Below are positions 1 to 13,509 of a stretch of 64,000 bases of DNA, piece after piece. Position 1 is the first letter of the stretch, and every line of letters starts with the position of its first letter. A program made the position numbers and the translations under genes. This DNA is from Sphagnum compactum (Eukaryota): NCBI GenBank assembly GCA_965153455.1, contig OZ234494.1, positions 3,038,001 to 3,102,000 of the forward strand, read 5' to 3'. The notes under the pieces are model-generated. The model did no database searches. It saw nothing but the letters and a program-made list of their open reading frames with translations, and was not told where the DNA came from.

Positions 1-1645
1 TTTTAAAATTTTCTCATTTTGAAGAAAAAAACACGATTCTAGTTCCGGTTCCACTTTGGAGAATCCGTCTCCATTCTTCGGATCCGGTTCTTTTGCAGTC
101 GGAACTGGAACGGACCGTTGTGGCAAAGCGGGCGGAGAGCGTCCTCCGCACGAGAGAGGAGAAGCACTGAAGAGGGCGACGCCGAAGAGATCTCCTTCCC
201 GGCAAAGGACACGCCCAGGATGACGGCGGTTGCAGGTCCTTGTGGAACTCAGCAGCAAGGACGGGATCACAGATCTCTCTCTCGCTGGTTGGCAAGCAGA
301 GAGAAAGGGAGGGAAGAACGGGGGTGAAAGAACGGCAGGTTTTGTGAAACAAAATCTGAAGCTTTTTGGTTAGGTTTCCAACCAACCTTTTGAAAGCTCC
401 TTTGGCTGACTGGCTTGTAAAGCAAAGGGTAAATTTTTGTTGGGGTTTTGTCGCTTACCCGCAACGAACGGAGAGCAACATGCAGGGAAGAAGAAGGAGA
501 AGAAGAAGAAGAAGAAGAAAATGCTAGGGATTGTTGAGACGATGATGTTGTGATGCGAGGAAACTTTTTTTAGTTGGTAGTAGCTGTTGGGAATGATCAA
601 GAGTCGTGCTGCTGGATTTGATCTGGTGGCAAATCAAATTCATGAGGCCATGGAATCGAAGCAGGTTTTGCCGGGGCGGGCAGGGGACGCGGGAGTCGAT
701 GACATTCAACTTTTCTGTAAGACACATTTCTGAGGGTTTCTTTCTTCACAAATTGGGGAGGAAAAAAAGAAAATAAAATGCAAGAGATGTGCGTCTAGGG
801 TTTGATGTTGTTTTTTAAGACACATTTGTTCTTGTGCTCTAGACTTTCTTCTTCTTCTTCTTCTTCTTCTTCGGATGTGAGATCTGTATGTATGTATGTG
901 TATCTGATGTATGCACACGTGTGCGTTCCGGAGGTTTTGAAATGAAAATCTTGAATAGAATTTTTTGGTGTGTGTGCTTTGATAACGAGGTGTCAGTGTG
1001 TTCCTGTTGTTGGCAGCAGTGGAGAGATACCTATGACATCATTGATATCAAGGCCAACTGAAATCTGATTCTTGTTTTGTGGAAGAGGAAGCAATTGAGC
1101 ACCTCACCAGAGGAATTGAAAGGGAGGTTCTGATGAGATAGTCAAGGACAATCACGCGATAGCAATTGAGTGTTTCTAAAGTACTTGTGGTGCCATATTG
1201 GAGTCACTTTTGAGAACTGTGACGATGTGTAATTTGGCTGCTATTCCATCCCTGGCCACAACACACATGTGACAGTCACTGGCATGATTGCTCTGCAGAG
1301 GACCTTAGTGTTGGGAGAGATAGAAGGGCTAGGGACAGAAAATGGTGTAGGTGGATTCTAGGGCATGTGAGATCCTCCATAGTATTCTTCTTCCTGATTG
1401 GTAGGTCTCAGGCATCCAGACTATGGATTGATGCAGCAGCAGGCTTGCTAAGAGATGTCTGAGAGAGAAGTGGAATGAAGGGTTTCTTTGCAGCGGCAGA
1501 ACTGGCCACATATCTGTAGCTTCAGACAAGACGGTTGCCAAGTGCGCAAGACAATCAATAAGCACGGAAGCTTTGCAGAGTCCAGACATCGTTTGTCTGA
1601 GTTCAATCAAACTCTAAATAGCTTTCTTGCTTGCTTTCATAGCGG

Positions 1646-2392
1646 ATGATGGACCATCTTCCTCAGCATTGTGTTGAGATTATTGTGGAAAAGGTTGCAC
1701 AGTCAGAGGATGTGATTGATGCAGCCGTCTCTCTTGCCCGCCTTTCATGTGCATCCAAGAGCCTTCATGATGCAGCTATGGATGCGGGAGGTTGGAGGGC
1801 ATCTGTTCAGCTGCACTTTGGGGTTAACTTCTCCACGAGTAAAAGGGCAGCTGTCATGTTCAAACAATGGTACAGCTTTGCCAGAGAAGAGCTTGCTATC
1901 ATTGAGTCAAAGAATCAGGAGCTGAATGACCAGAATCTGACAGCCCTTGATGAACTCAGAAGAGAAAAACTGCTTTCAATTCACCTTCGGGTGAAAAATG
2001 ATGAGTTCACAGTGGCAGAGGCAAACAGGAGGTTTGGCTTGATGGATGCAGATCTGAAATTTCTCAACCAATTGAGGAAAGAGGAGCTGAATGTCTTTGA
2101 TCGTCTACGAGAAGAACAGCTTACTTTGGCTGAGGTAGAACAGATTTATCATCTCTGTGAAGCTGACCTTAAGCACAAGCACCGGGAAGCATGGTTGGAT
2201 ACTCGGTACAGACCACCAGCTTTAATTCGTCTCTTCCGCTTATTAGATGTTCTGCAAACAGTGCAGCGCAAGCATGGATCTATGGTTGCCTTCCAAGCTC
2301 ACAGGCTGAAAAACTGGAACAGAAAGCTGAAATATTGGCATCGAGATATGCACGAACAGAAGGAGGTTCAATCAAGGCTGTTGCAAAACTAG
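1646..2392 (+). CDS. F-box-like protein with duplicated XPA C-terminal-like motif (248 aa, single coding exon)
   Basis: Clean 248-aa ORF preceded by an intron acceptor (ttgctttcatag, ending 1642). N-terminus MDHLPQHCVEIIVEKV...LARLSCASKSLHDAA...W fits the F-box pattern. C-terminal half has T-x-AE-x4-[FY]-x-L-x2-ADLK twice, followed by IRLFRLLDVLQTVQRKHGS. Confidence 0.7.
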   Translation: MMDHLPQHCVEIIVEKVAQSEDVIDAAVSLARLSCASKSLHDAAMDAGGWRASVQLHFGVNFSTSKRAAVMFKQWYSFAREELAIIESKNQELNDQNLTALDELRREKLLSIHLRVKNDEFTVAEANRRFGLMDADLKFLNQLRKEELNVFDRLREEQLTLAEVEQIYHLCEADLKHKHREAWLDTRYRPPALIRLFRLLDVLQTVQRKHGSMVAFQAHRLKNWNRKLKYWHRDMHEQKEVQSRLLQN

Positions 2393-3499
2393 AATTTTGC
2401 TTCTGGAAGTTGGTCTCTTCTTTCTTCTCCACTCCATCTTCCCGCAATAAAGCACTGACCTGATGCAACAATTTATTAGGTCAGTTTCTTTATCCTTCTC
2501 CTGTCTACCTCACTGAAGCGCTGAACAAATATATTACATGAGGTTAAGTTTCTTCCTTGCTCCGATGATGAATGCAAGTGCCCAGGGCTCTGTACGATAT
2601 GAGTTCATATCGTGTTGCTTTCTTCCTTGAGATCCAAGGGAGAGTCAACTGGGTGGGAATGTGAAACCCATCTGAAATTGTTTTTTCTATTGAGATCAAT
2701 TGAAATCTGTTCTGGCTTTCTTTGCCTAATCAGTTGTTCCTACTGGAAGTAGTGTTGACATGCTTATAACATGCTTGTCAGTGGTATGTGCGTTCTTTTT
2801 CATGCTTGTGGAATTCTCTGCAACTACATTGAGAGTCTTTCTGTGCTTGTACTGTTCTAGAATAGTGATTTGCAGAATAGGATTGTGATCAGTGGGTCAT
2901 CTAGTTTCAGGATTTAATTCAAATTAGTTTGGGTTGCCCAGTGGCATAAATCCAGGGTGACTCAATAAAAGCCAGAATTTAAGGATTTTTTTTCTTTCTG
3001 AAATTGCCATATGTAGACGAGAGGTTTCATGTGAAAAAAATGCTCCAAAGTCTCCAAATTTTGAGGAAATGTTTTTTTCTGAAATCACCATATTTAGAGA
3101 CAATAGGTTCCAGCACAGCAAAATATAGCAGGATTCTTTCAAATTTGGCTAATTCCTCTTTTTGGATGATTGCCCGTGTGCCTACATCACAAAATTGAAA
3201 AAAAGAAAACCCTAATTAGAACACAAGGTTAGTAAGAGGGATTCAGCTTCAGTCCCTTGTAATTCTTCTTTCTTGCAACAATGGGCGGACTACCAAATGA
3301 TACACCATAGTAACTAGTCAAGCAAGAACCATTGCCACAAATCAAGTCACACCAAGCTTTGAAATTTTTTGAGAATGAAAATAAAATTATCGAAGAATTG
3401 ATGGAGGGAACATCAAGTTTTTGTATAACTCCTGTGCACGCAGCTTGTGTAGTTGTTGATTTCAACAATAAGTGTGGCCTGTGCTGTTGGCCCAAGTGT

Positions 3500-3915
3500 T
3501 ACCACGTCCTCAACTGGTTTTTCCTTCCAAAACCTGGTTTTTTGGAAAATTTATTTGAATTTTCAGTGGCAGAAATCATCTAAAAATCAATTAATCTCCC
3601 ACATTCTGAATCCAAATCTTACCAAATAAATTCCATTAAATCCTGATCAGCAAGATCTTTCCAACAACACAAAGGCACATTCCAATTCCTCCAAAGTTTT
3701 CAGCGACGATTTAATTAACTTTTCAGTGAAGAAATCATTCAATATTCAAGAACTTTTGCACCACAAGTCCAAACGGCATGGAACCAAGCCCATGCACCCC
3801 TCCTTGTTGAGAGCTTTCCAAAGACACCAAGAACACAATCTGAAGCATCCCAGTTTGGTGGATCTCATAACTTACAAAACAAAACAAAACAAACTACCTT
3901 CCTTCATAGATAGAT
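3500..3915 (-). mobile_element. Non-coding interspersed repeat, possibly a non-autonomous Helitron
   Basis: The minus strand starts TCTATCTATGAAGG (a TC 5' start) and ends ...CCAGTTGAGGACGTGGTAA. I recall a similar sequence as an abundant peat-moss repeat, but this is unverified. Confidence 0.35.
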
Positions 3916-4447
3916 ATGCAGGAGTAGCAACAAAAACCATGACCAGCCATTAGAACAATCACAATTGTATTGGGTCAGCTTTGATCCATTCTGTGTTTTT
4001 GTGCGCACAAAAATATACACATGTTTGGTACATTCTATGTTTCCTGCAGCAAAGAAATTGACATGACCACAAACTTGCAATTCCATGTTGAAATGTTCAA
4101 CTTGGACGAAGTCAAGTACCAAAATGTAGTTACTTGTACAACTAAATGTTCTTCTTTCCATGGCATAAAACACACAAGAAGTTTTCATAACTTGAAATGT
4201 TACAAGTTTTTTCAATATCAAGTAACAATGTGCTCCTCCCCCCCCCTTGGAACAATTTTTTCTTCAGCAAGCTGTTCACCCGCTTTTTACTTCTGCACAC
4301 ATTTCATTTTGAAAGCTTTTCTCATACCATCATCCCAAGTTTGGTTCAATGTGTTTACAAAGGAGTCCAAAGTCCAGATGTTTGGATCTAGTGTAACCAG
4401 GCACCCAAGCCAAAGAGTCATCATACATGTAGAAAATCAAATGGCTG

Positions 4448-4790
4448 GTCTTTTCTTGCCAATTACACTTTGGGCTTCCCATTGCTTCACACTACCAGTG
4501 ATGATCAATTGACATACGGTCAAAATATTAATACATTTAAAATTTATTTAAACCAATTATTTGAAAAAAGTTAATTATTAAACATTGATAATCCATAATC
4601 ATATAGATTGTCTCTGAAATCATTTTTGTCTTTTGTTGCCAATTACACTTGGGCTTCACATTGCTTCGCACTACCAGCAACAATCAACTAACATAAGGTC
4701 AAAATATTAATGTATTTAAATTTTACTTAAATAAATTATTTGAAAAAAAAAAAGTTATTAAAACATTGGCAATCCATAATCATATAGATC
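4448..4790. repeat. Tandem duplication, two ~180-bp copies
   Basis: ttgccaattacact..gggctt..cattgctt..actaccag...ggtcaaaatattaat...aatccataatcatatagat occurs at ~4448-4608 and ~4628-4790. Confidence 0.85.
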
Positions 4791-6722
4791 GTCCATGACA
4801 TGGGTTTTGGTCTTTACTTGCGAATTACATTATTGTTATGAACCATGTAGCGTGGTAGTCAATAAAAATTGTAGCACTTTCTAGAGGTTTTATCTTACCC
4901 GCCTCTTTTAAAATTCTCCTATTGACCCATATGGGCAAAAGCATGCAGCTGAATTTGGGAGTTTTTGTTGTCAAACCCAAACTTATGCCAATCCAACTCC
5001 TATACATATGACTTCTTAGATAGGGCTAAATAATGAAAATTTTCATTCTCATGAAAAATATCTAAAGGAAATTGCAGATTAAATTGTCATGAATTCAACC
5101 CAAATTTGATTAAATGTTAATATTTAATTTAAATGATCGACAATATCATGTGTGAAATGAATTGCAAGTCCTTGGTGCCAAATGCTTTGTCATATTTCTA
5201 AAGCAATGGTGATGACAAGATTCTTAAATGCCATTCTAGGGATCAAATGGTTTTTTTGTGATTCGAATAGTGTCATGGTTATGTGACAATGGTGAAAACC
5301 AATGTCAAATATGTTCAAAAAAAAAAGGGATCAAAATAATCTAGTTAAGACAACATGAAAATAACAAACCCTTTGAAAAATTTGCTCAAATGTCACGAAA
5401 ATCCTCTTCTATAACAAGATTTATAAATTTTAGAAGGATCAGTGAAGGACCCTTAAGGGCATTGATCTGCACCATAAAAGAAGAAAATTACATGCAATTT
5501 GAAATTCCTTCTCATCTCATGAAGCCAATTGAAGCTCCTCATCATCACATGAAGGAATCAACATTCAGAATGGACCACAGTCTGCGAGAGCACAGACTAC
5601 AAATCATGCACCCACCCTTAATTCAATCCAGCTTTCAAACTTGACAAGGTAGATATTCATTCCTCATTTAGAGGAGTCTTTCTAGTCTTCCCAGTCTTTG
5701 CAGCAATCCTTCCAATGTTAAATTGGTGTTTATTCTTCAGCCTTCTTTTTACTTGCTACTATTTATTTGTGTTTACGATTGGATTCAAAATCCTTTGCTC
5801 ATCAGCTTTTGGAGCCTTTTGCCTGGAATTTGGACCTTCTTCTACAAGGTGGCAAGCTTGTATTGAATACAAAATAAGCTCTTCAGTGTGAATCCTTATT
5901 TTATCCAGTGAGCAAGCAGGGCTGCTTCTTTGTTGCAAGTAATGGATGCAGTGAGCTGCCAAATAAAAGACACAGGACACAGAACACTCCATATCCCTGA
6001 TCTGAGGATTAACCATGTGCTACTGACTGTCAACCGAAGTTGACAGACAGCTTACAAAAAAAACCCAACAAGCAAACACATACAACAAGGACTCTGAAAC
6101 AATAAAAATGAAACTATGGGTGGAAGACAAGATGTCTTCTGCAAACTGCTGCAGATGTAAAATGTCATAAAAGTACACAGTTTCTTCCAAGTGCAAGAAG
6201 TGCTTCTTGCAATTGAAAGGATGGGGTGGTGGTGGGTTTGTACAAGAAAGTAAGTGCTCATGCATGATCTGCTCTCACATGCCTCCTCTTCTTCTGATGA
6301 TTGTTTCCAAAAATCCTCTCTCCTCTCATGGTGCTGAATTCCTTGGTCTTGTGCTTGACTTCCCATTCATGCTTGGAAGGCTTCCATCTTGACAAGATTT
6401 CTAGTGATGGGTGTGCCAACCTTCTTCAATCTGCTTAGAGGCATTGTCATTGGCTTTTTCCTGACAATGGCCCTAAGCAAAATGTGAGAGCATGGGGCAG
6501 GGATTGTGGCGGTGGTGCAAACCAGGCAGCCAGGAGTGTTGGGCTTGTTTAGGGCATCCGTCTTGTTTTCAGAGCCTTCTCCTGCTGCTGCTGCTGTTGT
6601 TCCTCTTTGTCTTCTTCCTCTTCACACCACAGCTCTGCTTAGAGTCATTGTCATTGGCTTTTTCCTGACAATGACACTAAGCAAGGCCTATGTCACATTC
6701 TCCCATGAACCCCACTTCGCAG

Positions 6723-7911
6723 CTATCCATCTTTGTCATCACCATCATCTGCTGCTGCGTGCAGCAAGCTCTCTCCACAGCTAGGGCACAAAGGGGAAGA
6801 GAGTGATAGCATGACAAACATGGAACAATGGCGACAACCCAGTGCCACCATCCCTGTTGTCTCTCTGCTGCCGCTGCCGCCACTGCTCTCATCAGATTCT
6901 CTCTTCTTTTCCTCTTTGCAGTTTGCTGCAGGTTTCACCACCACCACCTGCCCATTGGCAAGTAGAGAAGAAGAGCTTGCTTCCGAGCATGCACTATCCG
7001 TCGTTTCGGAAGAAGCAGCAGTAGTTAGGGCCGCTGCAGCCGCACTGGTATCCCAGTCTGATGATGATGCGGCAGACGACGACGTCTCAGGCTCCTCCTC
7101 GGGCAGACAATCAGCCTTTGGGTCGAAGCGAAACTGCGCTCTCCGCACGAGAGCTCGCACAGATTCGTCCGCTTGCCGAACAAGCTCTCGGGGATCGCGC
7201 TTTGCTCGTTTGCCCGTACCCGCGTGCAGATAGTAAAGCTCATGCGTCTGCCACAAACAAACAAACAAACAAAAGGTTCATAGAGAGCAGCAGTTGCGGC
7301 AGCACATGAATGGATCGTCTTCTTTAGGAACAACAGCAGTAATTACTGGTGGGTAAGCGAGCGTCCCTTACCCTGAGATCCAAGAACTGCTCCCACTCGT
7401 CCGGAAGAGGCGATTGCGCATGAAGCTCCACGTCAAGCTCCACATCGTTTCCGGCAGCAACAGCACCCGCTTCATATGGATCCTGGAGTAGTCCATCTTG
7501 GTCATGATGATCCGCTGCTGCGCAGCAGCAGTGTTTCCGTTTGGTGCAACCAGCAGCAGCAGCAGTACTACCGCCGTCGTCGTCGTCGTGAGGGCTCAGC
7601 ATCTCCAACTGCTGCTGCATTAGTTGCAACAGCGCTAGCGGCCAGGCCTGCTGCTGCTGCCGCGGCTTGACGCTCGCTGGAGGCAGGGTTTGTCCCGGCG
7701 TATCTGGAGACAGTGGAGGAGGAGGAAGAGGGGAACATGATACAGTAGTAGTTTTGGTAAGAGGAGCTGGAGCAGCAGCAGCTGCAGCAACGACCGTTGT
7801 GGTACTAGAGGGAGGTGGTGGCAGTGTAAGCGCCATAGAAGAAGTTGGTGGGTGGGTTCGGATCTCGAGTGTAGAACAAATGCGAGGCGCTACTCTCCCT
7901 GACCTCCCCAT
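6723..7911 (-). CDS. CURLY FLAG LEAF 1-like protein (WW domain plus C-terminal GIR1-like C4 zinc ribbon); exons 7911(or 7836)-7372 and 7247-6723
   Basis: Splicing the GT-AG intron 7371-7248 restores the WW-type segment LPDEWEQFLDLR|THELYYLHAGTGKRAKRDPR. The C-terminus MVALGCRHCSMFVMLSLSSPLCPSCG matches the CFL1/GIR family CxxC...CPxC motif. The start codon is uncertain. Confidence 0.85.
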
Positions 7912-9197
7912 TAGGTACTTCTCTCCACCACAACAACGTCTCAAAAGAACTCCCCTCGAGAATCTATCTTCTTCTTCACCCCAGAATGAACACCTGCTGT
8001 GCTGCTGTTATTGTTTCCAGGTAAACCTCCTGAGACCTCAGGGATCCTTCTAACAACACCTCCTCCTTTTGCTAATCTCCTTCATTCTGGACACAACTGC
8101 CACTCCTCAATTCCCTGAAAAACAAACAACCCACAAGCTCCCAACTCCTCCAACTCTCTTGAGAGAGAGAGGGACGCATACACACACACAGCGCAACAAC
8201 AAACACAACTGTGACGACACCCACAAAAACTAACTTAAAAACCGACGGTTGCAACAAACAAACAAATAAAACACAAATGAGAACGAGAGTGGCAACAACA
8301 ACAACAACGGCCAGAACGAGACCTGAATCCCGAACCACGGAGCTTCTTCTCCAAGCACAACACACTTCACTTCAGTGCAGCAATGCACTATTGCCGGGAA
8401 ACAAAAAAAACACACACACACATCCAATGGTAGGGGGGCGGGGAAGGCACACACAAACACATACACACACACACACAAAACTTCCGCAACTCCTGCAACA
8501 ACCAAACAAGAGAGAGCCCCCCACCAAAAACAAAAACAATGATCTAAACAAAGAAAAGCTTGCAGACAAATGTAGCACTTTAAAATCCAAACAAACAGAC
8601 AAAAGACAAAAAAAAACTGAAATGCGAAGAAGACGAAGAAGAATCGAACTAACCCCCCCAAGTTCCAACAACAACAGGCTCCAACAACAAGAGGCAAGCA
8701 CAACGAGATAGAGAGAGAGAGAGAAGACCACTTGGACAAAAACCAAACCCAACCAGACTAGACCAAACTAGACCAGACCAGATAAGCAACAAATGCAGAA
8801 AGTGGGATTTTTCTTTAGGAGAGAAAGATGGAAAGAAATGGGAACACCCAAAAATTGGAAAGAAAGAAACAAAATTGGGAAGAAAGAAAGGAAATTGGAA
8901 GAAAGAAAGGGAGTAAGAGAGAGTAAGTAGGTAGCTAATAAGAGAGTAGGGTAGTGGGTTGGGAAATTTAATAGGAATTTGGGGGTGGAATAAATGACAT
9001 ATATATATTTTCAGTTTATACTTTCTACTTTCTACTTCCAACAACCAACCCAACTACAACAACCAACAACCCAACCCAACCCAACCCAACCCAACCAACA
9101 AAACCAACCAAACCATCTAACCATCTAATCAACATGAACAAGTTCTTCTAATGAGCTTACTAGGTAGGTAGGTAGGTACTTTGTAAGGACCTAAGTT

Positions 9198-9347
9198 TAC
9201 TAGGTAGGTAGGTAGCTACTTTGTAAGGACCTAAGTTTGTAAGTGATGTTGGTTCTAAGTTCTTCTAATGAGCTTATTTAAAAACTAACATCACTTACAA
9301 ACTTAGGTTCTTACAAAGTACCTACCTACCTACCTACCTACCTAGTA
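9198..9347. repeat. Inverted repeat with ~57-bp arms upstream of the CFL1-like gene
   Basis: tactaggtagg...actttgtaaggacctaagtttgtaagtgatgttggtt (9198-9254) is nearly the reverse complement of aactaacatcacttacaaacttaggttcttacaaagtacctacc...tagta (9283-9347). Confidence 0.85.
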
Positions 9348-9995
9348 GGTCTCTATAAGCCCCCCCCAACCTTCCCCCCTTAACCCCCCTCCCCCCACCT
9401 ACTACTACTACTACTACTACTACTACCCCAAGCAATATACATAGCTATTATACCCGCCCACTCATCTTGAATGGGCTCTCCTTTGCATCAAGCTCCTTTT
9501 GCATGAACATCATCATCATCACCTTCATTATTACTAGTAATGAAGTAAGGATGGGTGGCTTTATTTTTGGGGGAAGTAGAATTAAATAAAAGGAGGAGGG
9601 GGGGAGGGGGGTAAGAAGATGAGGGAAAGTACTAATAATAATAATAAAGGAGATGGTGTGATGATTTATTTTTTTTAAAGTAGTTTTACTTAGGAGTCTC
9701 CCTCACTCTCCCCTCCCCACCATTAAAAAAAAGGGGGAAAGAAACACATGCACTAAATGGGGAAGGAGAAATTAATAAGAGTGTGATGAGGAGGTAGGAT
9801 AGGACTACCTAATAGAGAATTGAGGTGCTTCTTTGTTGATGGGAAATAGTGTTTGTGTAAACCTTGGTTGGTAGGTGAGTTACAAAGCTCTAAATGCTAA
9901 AGGGACAAAAGTGTCATGGAGATACCATATGTGTTTGTTTGTTTCTTTGTTTGTGTGTGTGTGTGTGGTGTTTTAATGAAAACATAAATTTTATA

Positions 9996-10027
<32 letters not shown>

Positions 10028-13000
10028 AATTGTGTTGCCTTGCATATCATTTAAAAAATGGAATTGATTGATTTTTTATTTTTCTTTTGGGTTTTTTTAT
10101 AATAAGGCCACAATAGTTGGGGAATTAGGATGAGCGGATTAATTTGATTTGAGAGAGAATTCAATCGAATTTTCTCTCTTTTTTTCGGCCTTTTGGTGAA
10201 ACCCTAAACCTCTTTGGTGATCCCACCCACCACAAGGTAGGTTCTTCTTCTTCTTGGTCTTAAAAAAGTACTCGTAGTAGTAGTAGTAGTAGGGGGAAAG
10301 AGGTAGTTGGGGAATCCATAATGAGAGCACCTAACTCTTACCACCCATGCATGCATGCCCCACCCATCCCTTGTATGCAAAGAAAGAGATATAGGTAAAA
10401 GCAACAACAAAGTAAGAAGTACTTTGGTTTGAGAGGGGCATTGGACATGGCCTCCACAATCTTGTTTTATACTATATTATTAGTGATGATGAAACCCTAA
10501 ACTTCATTCAACAAAGCACTTAGCCAAGGGGGAAAAGAAGGAACAAAGAAAGAGAGAGAGAGAGATGACCTAAGTCCAAGCCAAAAGAACAAACCCCAAA
10601 GTAAGTCGCAATGAGACACATACATAGGAGGAACTCACTATAGCTCCAAGCAGTAAAACTAACTCACTACCATATGTGTATACGAAGGCATGGAAATCCC
10701 ACTCTTGAACAAACACATGTTTAGACTCTCAACTTATTATTACTCCATCACACTTATCTTCTTCCCCGAAGGCAAAAGAGGTGGGAGAAAATAAGGGTTT
10801 ACATTCTACATTGGATCCCAAGTTCCAACTACGTTGAAAAAAAATAATTTCAAAAGCCCTAATAGGTAACAATTTCTTCATTCATCGGCTATAGGTACCC
10901 ATGATATCCGTTCATAGGGCCTTTAATTTTTGTTGGCGTTAAAAAAAAAAGGCATGCACCCACTCACTCTTCTTAACTTCTCATTGGTCAATTAACAATA
11001 AATCATTAAGTCTTCTCATGTCCGGATTTTGCGCCATACCTCCAAATATTTTACTATGTTTTTTGTAGCTATCTATCTCCGTAACATTAAAAAATTGGAG
11101 TACTTATAGAAGTCGTATGTAGCAAGTATGATATGAGTACCAACTACCTTTCACCTTCATATCTTTCTTCTTCCCAATTTCTTAACTTACTCCAAGTCAC
11201 TTAGTTTGTGTGGCCGGCGAATGTCTCCCTAATCCCTAAACCCTTCCATATAAGGTGCGTCCTCTTATGTTGAGGTTAGGGTTTAAGAAGTACACTCAAC
11301 AACTATACTAGATCATTTAAAACTAGGAGGAAAGAATTGATCGAGCTGCACATGTGTTCATCACCACGGTTTGAAACTCTCACACTTCAAAAGAAAAAGC
11401 ATGACTTGAGTGTTTGTCCTTGTTGTGTGAGAGATTTAGGGTTTTCATCACTTCATAGAACCCTAATATGGGCAAAACCCTTGTCACATTTGTACACTTG
11501 TGAAGGGCTAGCTCCCATTGGCGTCTCTCCTAATTTTTGGGCCTCCGGCCTCCAAGCTACAAAACTTCCAAGTGGGGGGAGAGCCCCTTGGCGAGAAGGG
11601 CCTTCCCCCTATAATAATAAACCCTAAAGCCCTATAATAAACCCAAATTTTCTTTTGAGGAGGGGGGCTTTTGTGTGATTGTTTGGATTTTGGGTGTGTT
11701 CCCAATGTGTTCCCCAACATGTTCTCTCACTAGCACCTCACTTTGTTCCATATGCTTTGCCCAATGTTAGTCCCTCTTGGAACCCGGATAGATAAGTGTG
11801 AGAATATTTATATCCTTTTAATGTCTAGAGTGAATACTTGTTTAATTGGGGAGTCTCCAAATTTAGAGAACTTAATTTTTGTCATGAGCCAATCAAACAA
11901 GCCCATTGCACTCCCCAAAAAAAAAAAAAAAACAAGTTGTGGACTTGAAAGGCACCACCCCCAATTAATTAATGTGACTACATCACTCCACTACAAACAA
12001 AACTTAAGTACCAAGTGAATTTCCTTACAAAGTAAAAGGATGTGATTGATTGAAAGAGGTGGATGAAGCAACCTTAGGTAGGTACCTAGTGAATTTCCTT
12101 GCAAAGGGTGGATGGATGGATGGATTGAAAGAGGAGGATGAATACAACTTAGGTAGGTACCTAGTGAATTCCATTACCCAAAAAAGAGTTGGATTGATTT
12201 CAAAGAGGAGAAGAATGAAGAAAAAAAACTCATTTATATATTCCAAAAATTCCTTTGATGGTTGTTGCCATAGTTTTTTTTTGTTTTTGTTTTTTTTTTT
12301 TTTTGGGTGGGTTTTTGGACTCTCACAAGACACCTTTTTTATGCCTTATAATTGCCACATCCTGAGGGGAAAAAAAAAAAAAAAAAATCAGATTTTTTTT
12401 TGCCATATAGCCACATAATAAAAAAATAATGGCATGAAATAATGGCAAGGACAAAGGGCGGGGTGGGGGGGAACCATAATAACACTACTACCAGCAGATG
12501 CCTGATTTTTTTATTTTATTTTTAGTCTAATTATCGTCGGTGCCAGGAATCCAATGAAGGGGACTTAAAGACTTAACCGTGTCCACTGTACGGGGAGACC
12601 CGACAGTTAGTTACATGCTAGCCAAGTCGTTTGCCCAAAAACCCGATTCAGAAGGGGGGGGGGGGGGGGGGGGGGGCGGGGTTTCTTTTTTTTTTTCAAA
12701 ATGGCGATTTTATTTTCATTTTTATATTTTTAAGTCGCCAAATTTCGAATTTTTAAAAAAAAATCTTGATTCTATATAGAAGGATGTCAGATTTTTTATT
12801 TTCCAATTACGAGGAAAAATCGGGGTAAAATTTCCTCTTATGGATGGTTGCCACTTGGATTGCTACGTCACAAAATTGGAAAAGAAAACCCTAGGCCCGT
12901 CCGTCATTTGAGTAGGGGTTTTTTCTTTCTTTTTTTTCTTTTTTTTCTTTTCTGGGCCATTATATATGTGATGTAGTCACCATTGGCCATCATCCACAAG

Positions 13001-13066
13001 AGGAATTAGCCAAATTTGGCTAAAGATCATCAGAGAAGAAAGTAAAAAAAAATCTAAGAATCCCGC

Positions 13067-13097
<31 letters not shown>

Positions 13098-13509
13098 TGG
13101 CAAGCAACCTTGTTGGAACCTATTGTCTAAATATGATGATTTCAAAAAAATTCCAAAAAATTTGTTTGTTGATGATTATGGGTTTTTTAATTCAAGTTTT
13201 GAAATTATTATTAGTATTATTATTATTATATTTAAAAAATCACCAGATTCTATATTTGCTTCTAGTTGGTAACCTCAACTGTGTTAAAAGGGGGTGGTGA
13301 TTGATCAAATGTTTTTCATTTTCATATTTTTTAATTGTTTATAAGGAGTCAAATTTTGGCTAAATCTTCTTTAGGATTATGGCAAATGTGGTATTTACTA
13401 GGGTGGGTTTTGCAAGGTGCTGAAATTTAATTGGGTTTATTATTTGTAGTGCTATGGGGATTTCTGCACACACAAAATGTGTTAACAAATGCAACTGATC
13501 TTTACTTAC

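Noticed and set aside
4021-4512. 163-aa ORF
   Set aside because: No recognisable domain, and it runs into a duplicated non-coding block.
6432-6683. 3' UTR hairpins as SECIS elements
   Set aside because: No 5' AUGA/GA quartet in the right geometry on the mRNA strand, and the gene has no in-frame UGA.
6733-7233. 166-aa plus-strand ORF and other antisense ORFs over the CFL1-like gene
   Set aside because: Shadow frames of GC-rich, low-complexity coding sequence with no independent motifs.
8072-9053. Cluster of overlapping 97-169-aa ORFs
   Set aside because: Produced by CA, CAA and GA microsatellites in the probable 5' UTR/promoter of the CFL1-like gene.
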